Assembly (NCBI GenBank): GCA_965222375.1
Contig: CBDCTZ010000015.1
Location: forward strand, 544,001 to 608,000
From: Polyangiaceae bacterium
GTDB lineage: Bacteria; Myxococcota_A; Polyangia; Polyangiales; Polyangiaceae
Length of the DNA: 64,000 bases
Reading direction: 5' to 3'
Shown here: positions 53,575 through 64,000 of the stretch, one piece after another
How the letters are laid out: the number at the start of each line of letters is the position of its first letter
Position numbering within the stretch: the first letter of the stretch is position 1
The notes under the pieces: generated by a model
The model's input: only the letters and a program-made list of their open reading frames with translations
What the model was told of the DNA's origin: nothing
Database searches by the model: none
Made by a program: the position numbers and the translations under genes

Positions 53575-53744
53575 CAGCGCCTGCTCGCGGAAGCTCCGGG
53601 GCTTGCGACAACACGCTGCGGGCTCCAGCCTACAGCCGTCGCTTTGAACCCACACTCCAACATGCCCCTTGGGCCAGACTCTCGTCGTTTTCATCGGCGG
53701 CACACTTCTGGCACTGGAGCGCGCACCCAGTTGAGGAGGAACTC

Positions 53745-53921
53745 ATGGAAGAAATGATCAGTGGTCTCATCGCCAAAACCGGCATCAGCAAGGAGCAAGC
53801 CGAAAAGGTCGTGGAGTTCTTGAAGGAGAACGCCCACAAGGTGCCCGAGTGGCTGGGCGGCACTGACGTCGGTCAAAGCATCAAAGATAAGCTCCCAGGC
53901 GGCCTCGGCGGCATGCTCTGA
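53745..53921 (+). CDS. 58-aa small protein absent from the ORF track
   Basis: GAGGAGG RBS; MEEMISGLIAKTGISKEQAEKVVEFLKENAHKVPEWLGGTDVGQSIKDKLPGGLGGML. Confidence 0.8.
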   Translation: MEEMISGLIAKTGISKEQAEKVVEFLKENAHKVPEWLGGTDVGQSIKDKLPGGLGGML

Positions 53922-53991
53922 GAAGAACCCTTCTCACGCACTTCGAGGCACCCATGAGCTCCGTGCTCCTGGGTGTCTTCACTTTTATCTT

Positions 53992-54107
53992 GGTGGTTTT
54001 GGGGTCGCGCCTCTGTTCACTTCAGGTGCGCTACTCCCGCAAGGGGGCACCGGTTCGAGATTAGGGCCCCTGGGGAAGCAGCGCTCGACCCCAAACCCAA
54101 AAACCAA
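53992..54107. repeat. Dispersed element E4 with 10-bp terminal inverted repeats TTTGGGGTCG / CGACCCCAAA
   Basis: 53998-54007 and 54086-54095; internal CTACTCCCG. Confidence 0.55.
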
Positions 54108-54123
54108 TTCAGGGAGCGCAGTC

Positions 54124-54678
54124 TCAGAATACAAAGCCGATCAAGAAGTCGACGGTGGGATAGGCACCGGAAAAGTCGTGTTCGCTCGGTGTCCTATCGT
54201 CCACACGGCTCGCGTGGGACTGCACGCCAAATCCTACGCGCAAATTGAGCGCATCACTCAAAGCAAAGCCGTAGCCCAGCGTCGCGCGCACGCCCCAGGC
54301 AGTGCCTTCGAGGGTTTCGCCACTATCGAGGTTAGCCCGAGCGTAGTCGAGACGAGCACTCGACGAGAAGTAGGGGCCTGTCGGGGCGGTACCGGTCAGG
54401 AACAGAAACGCACGAACTTCGCCACCGAAGCCGAAGATGTGATCGCTGACGTACCACGGGCGGTAGTAGTGCGCGGTGAGGTTTAGGGCGACCGTGTCGC
54501 CCAGCACGCGTTCGTAGCCCAGGCCGATCACACCGAGTCCGAGGTCGGCGTAAATGCCGTTCTCCTTGGCCGGCTCCGTAGCGGGGGCGTCCTGCTCCGA
54601 TGGTCGGGACTGTGCTTCTTCAGCCAAGGCCGAGGGAGCCCAAGTGACGATTGCAAGAGCGAGCATCAGCGGGCGCAT
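54124..54678 (-). CDS. Small outer-membrane beta-barrel-like protein
   Basis: Signal peptide, alternating beta-strand pattern, C-terminal IGFVF. Confidence 0.65.
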   Translation of the reverse strand: MRPLMLALAIVTWAPSALAEEAQSRPSEQDAPATEPAKENGIYADLGLGVIGLGYERVLGDTVALNLTAHYYRPWYVSDHIFGFGGEVRAFLFLTGTAPTGPYFSSSARLDYARANLDSGETLEGTAWGVRATLGYGFALSDALNLRVGFGVQSHASRVDDRTPSEHDFSGAYPTVDFLIGFVF

Positions 54679-54743
54679 CTCGGGTAGTCTAACAGAGTTG
54701 AAGTGTGATGAGCTGGGCCGCAGCGGAGCGATGCGGCATCCGC

Positions 54744-55799
54744 TCAACAAATCCGCGGCAGCTGCTCCCCGTTGAGCATGTCCAAGATGCGAGTGGTACC
54801 AAGAGAGCTGCGCAGCGTGACGTGCCCCTGCTTGCCTTGGCCGACTTGGCCAATGACCGCAGCTCGGGTGCCTGAGGGATCATGATGCATCACCTCGAGG
54901 GCGCGCTTCGCATCGGCCTCAGGCATGAACGCCACAAGACGCCCTTCGTTGGCAACGTAGAGCGGATCGAGACCGAATATCTCACAAGCGGCTCGTACAT
55001 CCTGGCGAACTGGGATCGCGGCCTCCTCGATCTGGATGTCACATTTGGCTAACTGCGCGATTTCCACCAACGCGCTGACCACACCACCCCGGGTGCAGTC
55101 CCGTAGGCAATGCAGGTCGATCCCAGCCTCCAGCATGGCGAGCACCATGCTGGAGAGGGGGGCGCAATCGCTCTCTATTTCAGTTTCGAAGGAGAGCCCC
55201 TCGCGCACCGCCATGATGGCCATGCCATGGCGCCCGATATCGCCACTGATCAGCAACGCGTCACCCGGGCGCACGCTCCTGGGCTCAATTTCGAGCTCAT
55301 GCTCGATGGAGCCAACGCCGGTCGTGTTGATGAAAATCTGGTCGCCCTTTCCACGATCGACGACCTTGGTATCCCCCGCCACGATGACAACTCCAGCTCG
55401 CCGAGCGGCCTGGCGCATCGACTCCACCACGCGCTTCAAGGACTCGATTGGGGTGCCTTCTTCCAGCACGAACCCCGCGCTCAGATAGCGAGGGCGCGCA
55501 CCACACATGGCGACGTCGTTCGTCGTGCCATAGACCGCGAGCTTCCCGATGTCGCCGCCCGGGAAGAACATGGGGCGCACCACGTAGGAATCCGTGGACA
55601 TGGCAACGCGGCCAGAACCGAGATCCAACACCGCTCCGTCGTGTCGTGCGCCAAGGGCCGGGTTGTCGAAGGCCTCGAGGAACAGTTTTTCGATCAGGCA
55701 ATTCATGGCGCGGCCACCACCACCGTGAGCCAAGCCAATGACCTCTTGATCGGTGATGGATACCGGGCATTGCAGCTGGAAGTCGTCGCTGCGGGTCAT
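54744..55799 (-). CDS. hypE: Hydrogenase maturation carbamoyl dehydratase HypE
   Basis: HGGGG, TDSYVV, GDTKVV, ANEG, C-terminal PRIC. Confidence 0.97.
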   Translation of the reverse strand: MTRSDDFQLQCPVSITDQEVIGLAHGGGGRAMNCLIEKLFLEAFDNPALGARHDGAVLDLGSGRVAMSTDSYVVRPMFFPGGDIGKLAVYGTTNDVAMCGARPRYLSAGFVLEEGTPIESLKRVVESMRQAARRAGVVIVAGDTKVVDRGKGDQIFINTTGVGSIEHELEIEPRSVRPGDALLISGDIGRHGMAIMAVREGLSFETEIESDCAPLSSMVLAMLEAGIDLHCLRDCTRGGVVSALVEIAQLAKCDIQIEEAAIPVRQDVRAACEIFGLDPLYVANEGRLVAFMPEADAKRALEVMHHDPSGTRAAVIGQVGQGKQGHVTLRSSLGTTRILDMLNGEQLPRIC

Positions 55800-56899
55800 G
55801 CTGAAGCCTCTTCGCCGTGGCGCTTGTAGCGATAGTACGCAGCGCAAGCCCCCTCCGTGGAGACCATGGTCGCACCGAGGGGTGACTCGGGCGTGCAGCG
55901 GCTACCAAACGCAGGGCACTGGGTTGGCTTCTTCACGCCTTGAAGCACCAAGCCACTCTGACAGTCTGGGCATTCTTCGGCACGGATTTCGTCGATATCA
56001 AAACGCTGCTCCGCATCGAAACGCGCAAGTTCGGGAGCGAGGCGATAACCGCTCCGCGGGATCACGCCGATGCCTCGCCACGCGCGGTCAGCGATCTCGA
56101 AAACCTGGTCAATCAGCGCCCGCCCAGCAAGGGTACCCTCTCTGCGCACGACCCGGCTGTACTGGTTTTCAACCTCGTGGCGGCCTTGCTGCAGCTGTCG
56201 GATGCACATGTAGATCCCCTGAAGGATGTCGACGGGCTCGAAGCCCGTCACCACGATGGGCGTTTCGAATCGCTCCGCAAGCTCGAAGTACTCTTCATAG
56301 CCCATGACCGTGCAGACATGACCGGCCGCGAGGAAGCCTTGGACGCGATTGTGCTCGGCCGAAAGAATGACCTCAATGGCCGGGGGAACCCGAACATGAG
56401 ACACCAGCAGCGAGAAGTTATCTATGCCCGCGCGCTGCGCCTGAACCACGGCTAGGGCGTTCGCCGGTGCGGCGGTTTCGAAGCCGACGGCAAAGAAAAC
56501 GACGTGGCGCTCGGGGTTTTCCCGAGCGATGGTCAGAGCGTCTAGAGGCGAATAGACGATGCGCACGTCACCGCCTCGAGCCTTGACCGCGAATAGATCT
56601 GCCTGACTCCCAGGAACGCGGAGCATGTCACCAAAGGAGCAGAAGATGACGTCAGGACGAGCGGCAATCGCCAAAGCTTTGTCGATCAGTTCCAATGGAG
56701 TCACACAAACGGGGCAGCCGGGACCATGCACCAGCTCGAGCCCATCCGGGAGGAGTTCATCCAGCCCGAAGCGCACGATGGAGTGCGTTTGACCGCCGCA
56801 GACTTCCATGATGGTCCAGGGCTGCGTGATGGCCGCGTCAATGGCTGCCACGGTCTTGCGAACGGTGTCGGGGTCCCGGTACTCGTCGATGTACTTCAT
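55796..56899 (-). CDS. hypD: Hydrogenase maturation protein HypD
   Basis: [40 protein letters not shown]. Confidence 0.97.
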   Translation of the reverse strand: MKYIDEYRDPDTVRKTVAAIDAAITQPWTIMEVCGGQTHSIVRFGLDELLPDGLELVHGPGCPVCVTPLELIDKALAIAARPDVIFCSFGDMLRVPGSQADLFAVKARGGDVRIVYSPLDALTIARENPERHVVFFAVGFETAAPANALAVVQAQRAGIDNFSLLVSHVRVPPAIEVILSAEHNRVQGFLAAGHVCTVMGYEEYFELAERFETPIVVTGFEPVDILQGIYMCIRQLQQGRHEVENQYSRVVRREGTLAGRALIDQVFEIADRAWRGIGVIPRSGYRLAPELARFDAEQRFDIDEIRAEECPDCQSGLVLQGVKKPTQCPAFGSRCTPESPLGATMVSTEGACAAYYRYKRHGEEASA

Positions 56900-57135
56900 C
56901 CTGAAGCGAGCTCCGCGATGTATGCCAGGTTGTCGAGCTGACGCTTTGCTTCAGCTTCGTCCAACTTGGCGAGAGCCAGGCCAACGTGAACGAGCACCCA
57001 ATCACCGGCGTCGGCCTCGGGTACGCACGCCAAGCTGACATCCTTCACGATCCCCGAGAAGCTGACCTTCCCGCTTCTCAAGATGGGATCAGTTCCCATC
57101 ACGTTCAGAATCTGTCCCGGTACTCCAAGACACAT
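56896..57135 (-). CDS. hypC: Hydrogenase chaperone HypC
   Basis: [18 protein letters not shown]. Confidence 0.97.
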   Translation of the reverse strand: MCLGVPGQILNVMGTDPILRSGKVSFSGIVKDVSLACVPEADAGDWVLVHVGLALAKLDEAEAKRQLDNLAYIAELASG

Positions 57136-57140
57136 GATGG

Positions 57141-59456
57141 TCAGCCTCGAGTTTTCTGGTGGCGTACCGCGGCGGCAAGCTGCCCCAGGGCAATACCGCC
57201 GTCGTTAGGCGGAACACGCCGGTGGGATAGCACGGAAAACCCAGCCGAGCGCAACAGTGCTGCGGAACGTTCGAGCAAGCGACGATTCTGGAAGCATCCG
57301 CCGGTGAGAGCAACCTGGCGGACGCCCGCTTCCCGCGCGATGTCAACGACCGCAAGGCTCAGGGCTTCGTGAAAGGTCGCGGCGAGTTCGGCGCAAGAGT
57401 GCCCAGCGTGGCGCCTCGCCAAGAGCTCCCGCACCAACGGCTCCCAGTCCAGGACTCGCGCTCCATTCTGCGAGGCGGCGCGTGGAATGCGCGGCGGCGT
57501 GCTCACGGCCAGGTTGCCCGCTAGCTGCTCCAGACGCATGGCGGCCTGACCCTCGAAATTGACGTCAGTACACACTCCAAGTAACGCTGAGACTCCATCG
57601 AAGAGCCGTCCCGCACTCGACGTGATCGGGGCGTTGAGCCCACGGTGCATTGCCAGCTCGAACAATTCGCTCTGCTCCGGCGCGAGGGGGTACAAAGCCC
57701 GCCAAGAGCGTTGCTTGCGTGCGGCGGGTCCAAAGAGCTCGAACAACAGGCTCAAGCCTGTCCGCCAGGGTTGCCGAATGGCGGCGTCGCCGCCGGGGAG
57801 GCGAAAAGTGCGCAGGTGTGCGAAACGTTGGAAGCTACCCGGTGAAGCGTCGTCGTCGATGAGCAAGAACTCTCCGCCCCAGATGGTGCCATCCGCTCCG
57901 TAGCCTGTGCCGTCCCAAGCGACGCCGAGCACCGGACCATCCACTGCGTTGTCCAACATGCAAGAGCGCACATGGGCGTGATGGTGCTGCACCGGGTGCA
58001 CCGGTAGCTCGCTCTCTTGGGCGTGGCGTGTGGAGGCGTAGTCCGGGTGGGCGTCGCATGCGACTTGAGTTGGCTCCGTGGCGTAGAGGTTCGGCAAATC
58101 CGAGGTCGCGCGATCGAATGCCCCCAGGGCGCCTGCAGTTTCGAGGTCGCCGACGTGTTGACTAAGTAGGGCCATGCCTCCGACGCTAGTGGCGACGGTG
58201 TTCTTCAAGTGTCCCCCGACTGCGAGCCAGTCCTCTCGAGAGTCATCGGGAAGGGCGAAGGGCATGGGCGCGTACCCCCGAGCGCGACGCAACAACATGG
58301 TGCCCTCCTTCGTCACTTGAGCGATGGAGTCGTCGATAGTACGAGTGATCAAGCGATCGTGTACCAGGAACCGGTCCGCGATGGATCCGAGGCGTGCTAG
58401 GGCGTCCGCCTCGTCGATACAGATCGGTTCGTCGCTCAAGTTCCCGCTGGTTGCGACGACGGGAGCCCCAACGCTTTCCAACAGGAGGTGGTGCAGCGGC
58501 GTGCTGGGAAGCATGAAACCAAGACAGCGGCTATCCGGAGCCACTTCCTCGGCTACATGGGCTTCATGGCGACGGTCGAGCAGCAGTATCGGTGCCTGAG
58601 GCGACGTCAACAGCGCCTCTTCATCCCGGTTGACTCGGCAGTGCCGACGCACAGTCCAAAGATCGCCGGCCATCATTGCAAACGGCTTCTGTTCGCGGTG
58701 CTTGCGTCGCCTGAGCCGACTCACCGCGTCCGAATCCGAGGCCAGTGTCATCAGATGGAATCCACCTAGCCCCTTCACCGCGACGATGGCGCCCCCGGAC
58801 AGCGCGATGGCTGCATGAACCAGCGCGTCATCAAGGCGATTCAACACGCGCCCAGTGCCGTCCCACAGCTCAATGCTGGGGCCACACACGGGGCAGGCGT
58901 TGGGCTGAGCATGAAAACGGCGGTCCTCAGGGCTTTCGTATTCCCGGCGACAGTCGTCGCACATCTCGAAGCGCCGCATCGTGGTGTGGGGTCGGTCGTA
59001 GGGCAGGCTTTCCAGAATGCTGAACCGCGGGCCGCAGTACGTGCAGTTCGTGAACGGATAGCGATAGCGGCGATTCCTCGGGTCGCGCATGTCCTGCAAA
59101 CACGCTGCGCAGGTCGCGAGATCCGGCAAAGCCAACACGCTCTTGTCACCTGAGCTGTCGCTGGGAGTGATTTCGAAGCGCTCGTAGCCGACGGGTGGCA
59201 ACCAGACGCGCTCGATACTCTGGACCGTGGCAATTCGTGGCCGCTCTGCAGCCAGCCGCTCGGCGAAAAGCTCCAGGCGATCCCGGGAGCCTTCTACTTC
59301 CGCGATGACCCCCCGGGGACCGTTTTGGACCCAGCCCGGCAGCCCCATTTCGGCGGCAAGGCGATAAACAAATGGGCGAAAGCCCACTCCTTGCACCGCG
59401 CCTCGCACGCGAAGCTGCAAGCGTTGCTCCTGGACGCCGGGGACCTCGCAAATCAT
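57141..59456 (-). CDS. hypF: Carbamoyltransferase HypF
   Basis: VQGVGFRP, zinc-finger CxxC pairs, KGLGGFHL, QHHHAH, PPNDGGIALGQ. Confidence 0.97.
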   Translation of the reverse strand: MICEVPGVQEQRLQLRVRGAVQGVGFRPFVYRLAAEMGLPGWVQNGPRGVIAEVEGSRDRLELFAERLAAERPRIATVQSIERVWLPPVGYERFEITPSDSSGDKSVLALPDLATCAACLQDMRDPRNRRYRYPFTNCTYCGPRFSILESLPYDRPHTTMRRFEMCDDCRREYESPEDRRFHAQPNACPVCGPSIELWDGTGRVLNRLDDALVHAAIALSGGAIVAVKGLGGFHLMTLASDSDAVSRLRRRKHREQKPFAMMAGDLWTVRRHCRVNRDEEALLTSPQAPILLLDRRHEAHVAEEVAPDSRCLGFMLPSTPLHHLLLESVGAPVVATSGNLSDEPICIDEADALARLGSIADRFLVHDRLITRTIDDSIAQVTKEGTMLLRRARGYAPMPFALPDDSREDWLAVGGHLKNTVATSVGGMALLSQHVGDLETAGALGAFDRATSDLPNLYATEPTQVACDAHPDYASTRHAQESELPVHPVQHHHAHVRSCMLDNAVDGPVLGVAWDGTGYGADGTIWGGEFLLIDDDASPGSFQRFAHLRTFRLPGGDAAIRQPWRTGLSLLFELFGPAARKQRSWRALYPLAPEQSELFELAMHRGLNAPITSSAGRLFDGVSALLGVCTDVNFEGQAAMRLEQLAGNLAVSTPPRIPRAASQNGARVLDWEPLVRELLARRHAGHSCAELAATFHEALSLAVVDIAREAGVRQVALTGGCFQNRRLLERSAALLRSAGFSVLSHRRVPPNDGGIALGQLAAAVRHQKTRG

Positions 59457-59460
59457 CACG

Positions 59461-60186
59461 TCACCCCGGACGGACTTCCTGCTCGATGGGCGCCTTGGGG
59501 CGGGTCGGGCGATGGGTTTCGAGTTCCGAGATCCAGGCATCCAAACCATCGCCGCTCCGAGCCGAGAAGGACATGAGCCTCGGCCTCGGCATCACTCGGG
59601 CCAAGGCGTCGCCAATGCGTGTCACTGAAATCTCCGGCAGCGCTGGCAAAAGGTCCGTCTTGGTCAGGACCACGAGGTCTGCACACCGGAACATCACGGG
59701 GTACTTCAGGGGCTTGTCTTCACCCTCTGTCACGGAAAGCACCACGACGTTCAGGTGCTGCCCGAGGTCATAGATGGCGGGGCATACCAAGTTGCCGACG
59801 TTTTCGATGAAGAAGTAGTCCACGTTCATCAGGGACAGATCGTGGAGCGCGCGGTGAATCATGCGGGCGTCGAGGTGGCAGGCCGACCCAGTGTTGATGC
59901 TGCCCGAGGGGATCCCGGCGGCTCTGAGACGCTGGGCGTCGTTGTCCGTAGCCAGGTCACCGTTGACTGCCGCCAGCTGTCTGCGGGTACCCAGGGCGCG
60001 AGCCGTCGCCTCGAGCAGCGCGGTCTTGCCGCAGCCGGGCGAACCCATGAGGTTGATCGCGAAGACGCCCGCACGGTCGAAGTGCTCGCGGTTATGCAGC
60101 GCCCGGTGGTCGTTGTCCGCGAGGATGCGATCGTGAACTTCAACAGGAACGAGTTCGGTATCTCCGCAGCCGCAGGTATCACACAT
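59461..60186 (-). CDS. hypB: Hydrogenase nickel GTPase HypB
   Basis: MCDTCGC, GSPGCGKT, ENVGNLVCP, EGEDKPLKYP. Confidence 0.97.
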   Translation of the reverse strand: MCDTCGCGDTELVPVEVHDRILADNDHRALHNREHFDRAGVFAINLMGSPGCGKTALLEATARALGTRRQLAAVNGDLATDNDAQRLRAAGIPSGSINTGSACHLDARMIHRALHDLSLMNVDYFFIENVGNLVCPAIYDLGQHLNVVVLSVTEGEDKPLKYPVMFRCADLVVLTKTDLLPALPEISVTRIGDALARVMPRPRLMSFSARSGDGLDAWISELETHRPTRPKAPIEQEVRPG

Positions 60187-60526
60187 CCTCAACCTCCATT
60201 TCGATGCGCTCCAGGAGAATCTCGTCGCCGGAGCGCAAGTTGGCAGGAGCTGAGCATTGGGGGCAGCGCAGCGACGCCCCATCCTCGATGGTGCGGTCAC
60301 AACTCGGGCACGCCCAGCGTGCCGGGACGCGCTTCACGGATAGCTCCGCGTCTTTGCAGATCGTGTGATCGCGGAAAATCTCGTAGGCGGTGAGCAGCAG
60401 ATCTGCATCCACGCCAGCGAGTTCGCCAATGCTGACCCAGACGCGGCTGACGGAGGTCGCACCGCGCTGCCGTGCCTCGGTCTTCACACGGTCGATCAAG
60501 GAGCTGGCAACTGAGTATTCGTGCAT
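60179..60526 (-). CDS. hypA: Hydrogenase nickel metallochaperone HypA
   Basis: MHEYS, CPSC..CPQC, GDE. Confidence 0.95.
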   Translation of the reverse strand: MHEYSVASSLIDRVKTEARQRGATSVSRVWVSIGELAGVDADLLLTAYEIFRDHTICKDAELSVKRVPARWACPSCDRTIEDGASLRCPQCSAPANLRSGDEILLERIEMEVEDV

Positions 60527-60567
60527 CATTTCCACCGCTGAGGATCCACTTCGCCGCAACCCTTTCG

Positions 60568-60583
60568 TGCATCGAACGTGCCG
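60568..60583 (-). promoter_or_regulatory. Putative sigma54 promoter CGGCACGTTCGATGCA of the hyp operon
   Basis: GGCACG with GG-N10-GC spacing and TGCA, about 40 bp upstream of hypA. Confidence 0.6.
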
Positions 60584-61027
60584 CGAGGTGCTCCCATCGC
60601 AGAACTTGCGTTGTGCCGGCAAAAACACTTCACGCCGCAGCGCGTCGAGCGAAATGCTTGCCGACCGGCGCATGGGCAACGTCATGCCTGCGCGAAAGTG
60701 CGAGCGTTGGCTCGCCCACGGCACAGACAGATCCGTGCCGCTTCTTTGTGATCTTGCTCCACGAACCCGTCGCACCCGAGCCTCACAGGTCCTCCTACTG
60801 GGGCAGCATCGCGTGGATGTTCGATTCGCGCGCCGCCGCTTGCTAGGGCCGAGGGCACTCCACGCACCCCAAGGGCTACGGAAGGCCGCTCCGAAACCTT
60901 CCGTTCTCGGTTCGCGTGAATCGTGTGCCACAGTCAACAGCCATGAACGCCGCTTCACACATCGAAACCAGTCGCGAGGGAACAGCGTGAAAGTGGCGCG
61001 GAACGAAAGTTGCGACACGACCCACCC

Positions 61028-62122
61028 ATGAAGATTCTCGATCGTGCATGGGTTGTTGGCGCAGCGGCAATGATGGTTTTGAGCAGCGGTTCCAATGCCG
61101 CTGCGGCAGAGCCCAAGCTCAGGTTGCCTTCCGCCGAACGTTTGCCTGCCGTCGAACGAAGCTCAGCCACGACAAGGGCTGTGGTGGCTGCCAAGTGCGC
61201 CAAACCAACCGGCCTGCCAACCCTTCGCAGGTCGGGTGCGCTCGTCGTCGAATCGCCACCGCGCCCTAGAGTGGAACGCTGGCTACGTCTTCGAACGCAC
61301 CAGAGCCAGCACCATCGCTCGATTGGGGCGAGGCTTTGGGAAGGCCCCGAAGTGCCAATATTCGTTCCGCTCACGATCAGCAACATGGAGCTCGAGGTGC
61401 TCGATCCGGTGGCCGGTGGCTACCTGGCTCTCTACCGCAGCGCACCCGCGAGTGGCAGCGCCAATGGCCGGTTCGAGGCTCGCTTGTTTTCCTGCGCCGG
61501 CAATCTCCGAGCTGCGCTGCCCCTCAATCCCCTGCTCTCACGCTCCCACCATTTGGAAGTGCAGGACATCCGCTACGCCGGCGGCAAGCTGTACTTCAAC
61601 GAAGCCTGCCAAACCTACTCCCGCGAAGCCGGCGGTCGTTGCTCCGCCCTCGTGGCGGCCGATCCATTCACCAAGAAGGTACTCTGGCGCACGCCGTCAC
61701 TGACCTCCAACGGCGTGCTGAGGGTCGTCGGCAAGCACATCGTTGCCGGCTATGGGTTCACGGGCGAGCGCGCGTTTCTGCGGGTCGTACGCCGCTCGGA
61801 TGGTCGTGTCGTTGTGAAGAAGCCGATGCCGGCGAATCACTTCGGCCTGGAGACCCGCGGCCGCAGGCTGGATGTGGAGATCGGCGGCAAGTGGCTGTCA
61901 TACCGGATGACTAGTTTTGATACCGACAACCCGAGTCTGAAGTTCAGGGAGGTACGGGCGAGGGCGCCAAAGCGCGAGCATCCTTCACGCGTCAAGTTGC
62001 CCGCCAAGTCCACGTCTCGGCAGACTTCACCACGTCGCGGCCCCACCAAACCGCCTAGCAAACGACGGCGTTGGCCCAACAAGTTTGACTCGGGATTCGA
62101 TGGCGCTTTGAATCGACGCTAG
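61028..62122 (+). CDS. Secreted hypothetical protein, possibly beta-propeller
   Basis: Signal peptide; KLYFN, KVLWRT, GYGFTGE. Confidence 0.55.
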   Translation: MKILDRAWVVGAAAMMVLSSGSNAAAAEPKLRLPSAERLPAVERSSATTRAVVAAKCAKPTGLPTLRRSGALVVESPPRPRVERWLRLRTHQSQHHRSIGARLWEGPEVPIFVPLTISNMELEVLDPVAGGYLALYRSAPASGSANGRFEARLFSCAGNLRAALPLNPLLSRSHHLEVQDIRYAGGKLYFNEACQTYSREAGGRCSALVAADPFTKKVLWRTPSLTSNGVLRVVGKHIVAGYGFTGERAFLRVVRRSDGRVVVKKPMPANHFGLETRGRRLDVEIGGKWLSYRMTSFDTDNPSLKFREVRARAPKREHPSRVKLPAKSTSRQTSPRRGPTKPPSKRRRWPNKFDSGFDGALNRR

Positions 62123-62248
62123 CCGTGTCACACCTTCGCTCGCGAAGCCACGTCGCCGCCACGAGCAACCTAGATCACGATACCGCAAGCGCATTCACGA
62201 CGTAGACGCCGCATTTCTGTGGCATTGAGCGCATGCTAGTATGTTCCA

Positions 62249-62629
62249 ATGGTGGAGGGTGAAGCCCAACGGCAGCCACGCCCCATCGGAGGGCACTATC
62301 TTCCGTGTGACAAGATCGCGGCAGAGGGAATGGCGTCGGTTCATCTTGGACGCTTGTTCGGTCCAGCCGGCGTCTCGCGCGCAGTGGCGATCGCGCGCCT
62401 CAACGCCGATTGCTACTGCTCTCGTCACAGCAGCCAGCACAGCGGCCGCGATGGCCTCAGCACCAACTGTCGTCGCAAGGCCCGATACGGCATCACAACG
62501 CACAAACCCGCGCCGACCGCACCAAAGCAGATAGGCCTCACCGGCTCCAAGCCGTTACCGAGCTGCAAGCCGCCGTACACCACCGGGCCAGACGTCATCA
62601 AGAAATTCAAGCGCGAGTGCCTAAGATGA
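62249..62629 (+). pseudogene. Internally deleted Ser/Thr kinase remnant
   Basis: Degenerate subdomains I-II (IAAEGMASVHLGRLFGPAGVSRAVAIARL) fused to the terminal CKPPY...KKFKRECL motif; catalytic core and TM helix absent. Confidence 0.7.
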
Positions 62630-63411
62630 GATCCATCCTTCGGCTGGGAGTGTTGATTGGCCTGCTGCCTGCGTTGGAGGCGAGAGCTCAAAGCGTGGAT
62701 GAGTGCATCGCGGCGCACGAAGCTGGCCAGCGCTCCGAACGGGACAATCGTCTGCTCGAGGCGCGCAGGCAGTTCAGAACGTGCAAGAAGGCATCCTGCC
62801 CCGGTCTCGTGCGGGAGGATTGCGTAGCGCGAATGCAATTCGTCGAAAAGAACATACCTACCGTGGTCCTGAAAGCATTCGGGAAGGACGTGAAGGTGCA
62901 AATCGACGATGACGACCCAGCTCCACTTCCGCCTGGCCCAATCGAGCTCGATCCCGGACCGCATGAAGTCGTGTTTCTAGTACCTGGCCAGCCCAACGTG
63001 GCGCGTTCCGTGACCCTGGCGCGGGGTCAAACAAACGTCGCCGTAGAAGCCGACCTGACGCCCGTGCAAAGCATCGACTCCACGGAATCGCCAAAGTCGT
63101 CTACGGTACCGGCAGCAACCTGGGTGCTCAGTGGTGTAGCGGTGCTGGGGGTGGCGGGGTTTGTAGGCTTTGGGCTTTCAGGCAACAGCAAGCAATCCGA
63201 CTTGGATTCGTGCAAGCCAAGTTGCGGGGATCTTGGGCTATACGACGACATGAAAAGTGATTACCTGAAAGCCGACATCGCCCTGGGCGTCGCGTTGCTA
63301 GCCGCCGGGGGCGCCGCATACTTTTACGTAAACCGCGACAATGGCCATCGTGTTGGCTTGTATGCGTTTCCCGAGGCGACCGCCCTCGGCTACGAGGGAC
63401 GTTTCTGGTGA
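62626..63411 (+). CDS. Secreted PEGA-like domain protein
   Basis: Signal peptide; CIAAHEAGQ..LLEAR..CP..VREDC; LDPGPHEV; ends YEGRFW. Confidence 0.75.
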   Translation: MRSILRLGVLIGLLPALEARAQSVDECIAAHEAGQRSERDNRLLEARRQFRTCKKASCPGLVREDCVARMQFVEKNIPTVVLKAFGKDVKVQIDDDDPAPLPPGPIELDPGPHEVVFLVPGQPNVARSVTLARGQTNVAVEADLTPVQSIDSTESPKSSTVPAATWVLSGVAVLGVAGFVGFGLSGNSKQSDLDSCKPSCGDLGLYDDMKSDYLKADIALGVALLAAGGAAYFYVNRDNGHRVGLYAFPEATALGYEGRFW

Positions 63412-64000
63412 TGGGTAGCCACCAAATTGCCGTGAGGCGTTGCCGGATCATCCATGTCCCAGTCGCCATTGGCGCCCTGCTGGCCGGTTGCACTCTGGTC
63501 GCGCCTGAGCGCGATGACTTTTATGGTGGAGGCGGTCGATCAGGCGCAAGCGGTCAAGCTGGTCATGCAAGTGGAGGGGTCTCAGCGGGAGGATTCCCGG
63601 GAAGCGGCGGCGCTGCAGCGGGTGCCGGTGGCGTTGCAACGGGGGGTGTCGACGCTGGCGGTACAGGTGGAACCGGCACGGGCGGGAGTGAAACAGGCGC
63701 CACCGGGGGAACTGGCGGGAAGACAACCGGCGGTACCGGTGGCCTGGCAACGGGTGGCATAAATTCCGGCGGTACCGGCGGTATCGCGACGGGAGGAACT
63801 AGCACCGGTGGCGTCGCAACCGGTGGCACTGGGGGCTGGGTCACTGGAGGAACAGGGGGCTGGATCACGGGAGGAACAGGCGGTGGCTCCTGCAAGCAGT
63901 TGGGCACGACCTGCAACGCGGACTGCTGCGATCCCCTCCAGTGCAGCCCAAGCAAGCGTTGCTGCATTCCAAGCGGCCTCACATCGTGTTTCAAGAATTC
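63411..64000 (+). CDS. Partial Gly/Thr-rich lipoprotein running off the window
   Basis: ATG overlaps the upstream stop; LLAGC lipobox; TGGTGG repeats followed by a Cys-rich segment. Confidence 0.65.
   Translation, partial: MGSHQIAVRRCRIIHVPVAIGALLAGCTLVAPERDDFYGGGGRSGASGQAGHASGGVSAGGFPGSGGAAAGAGGVATGGVDAGGTGGTGTGGSETGATGGTGGKTTGGTGGLATGGINSGGTGGIATGGTSTGGVATGGTGGWVTGGTGGWITGGTGGGSCKQLGTTCNADCCDPLQCSPSKRCCIPSGLTSCFKN

Overview
GC-rich chromosomal window whose gene content points to a myxobacterium, probably Polyangiales-like (inference): MYXO-CTERM proteins, Ser/Thr kinase-PEGA-lipoprotein cassettes, FHA and GAF sigma54 activators, and many Cys-rich lipoproteins. Recognisable genes are tldD/pmbA, a RimJ-type GNAT, prmA, an ArnT/PMT-type glycosyltransferase, rarD, a cobA-hemD fusion, a heterodimeric ABC exporter, a hybrid histidine kinase and a complete hypABFCDE operon with no hydrogenase structural genes in the window. 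The most unusual locus is 27118-27980. It holds an Avd/23S-IVP-like four-helix-bundle gene preceded by a perfect 15-bp hairpin, an irregular 29-unit GTTGAC/GTTGGAC array and an RBS-sequestering hairpin, and it sits next to a member of a dispersed REP-like repeat family. Also notable are a ~494-bp diverged direct repeat bracketing a DUF559 + AAA/DUF4143 insert at the 3' end of a phosphoesterase gene, several deletion or frameshift scars, and several sigma54-type promoters. No rRNA, tRNA, CRISPR array, transposase, integrase or reverse transcriptase was seen. All family calls come from motif recognition by eye, not from database searches.
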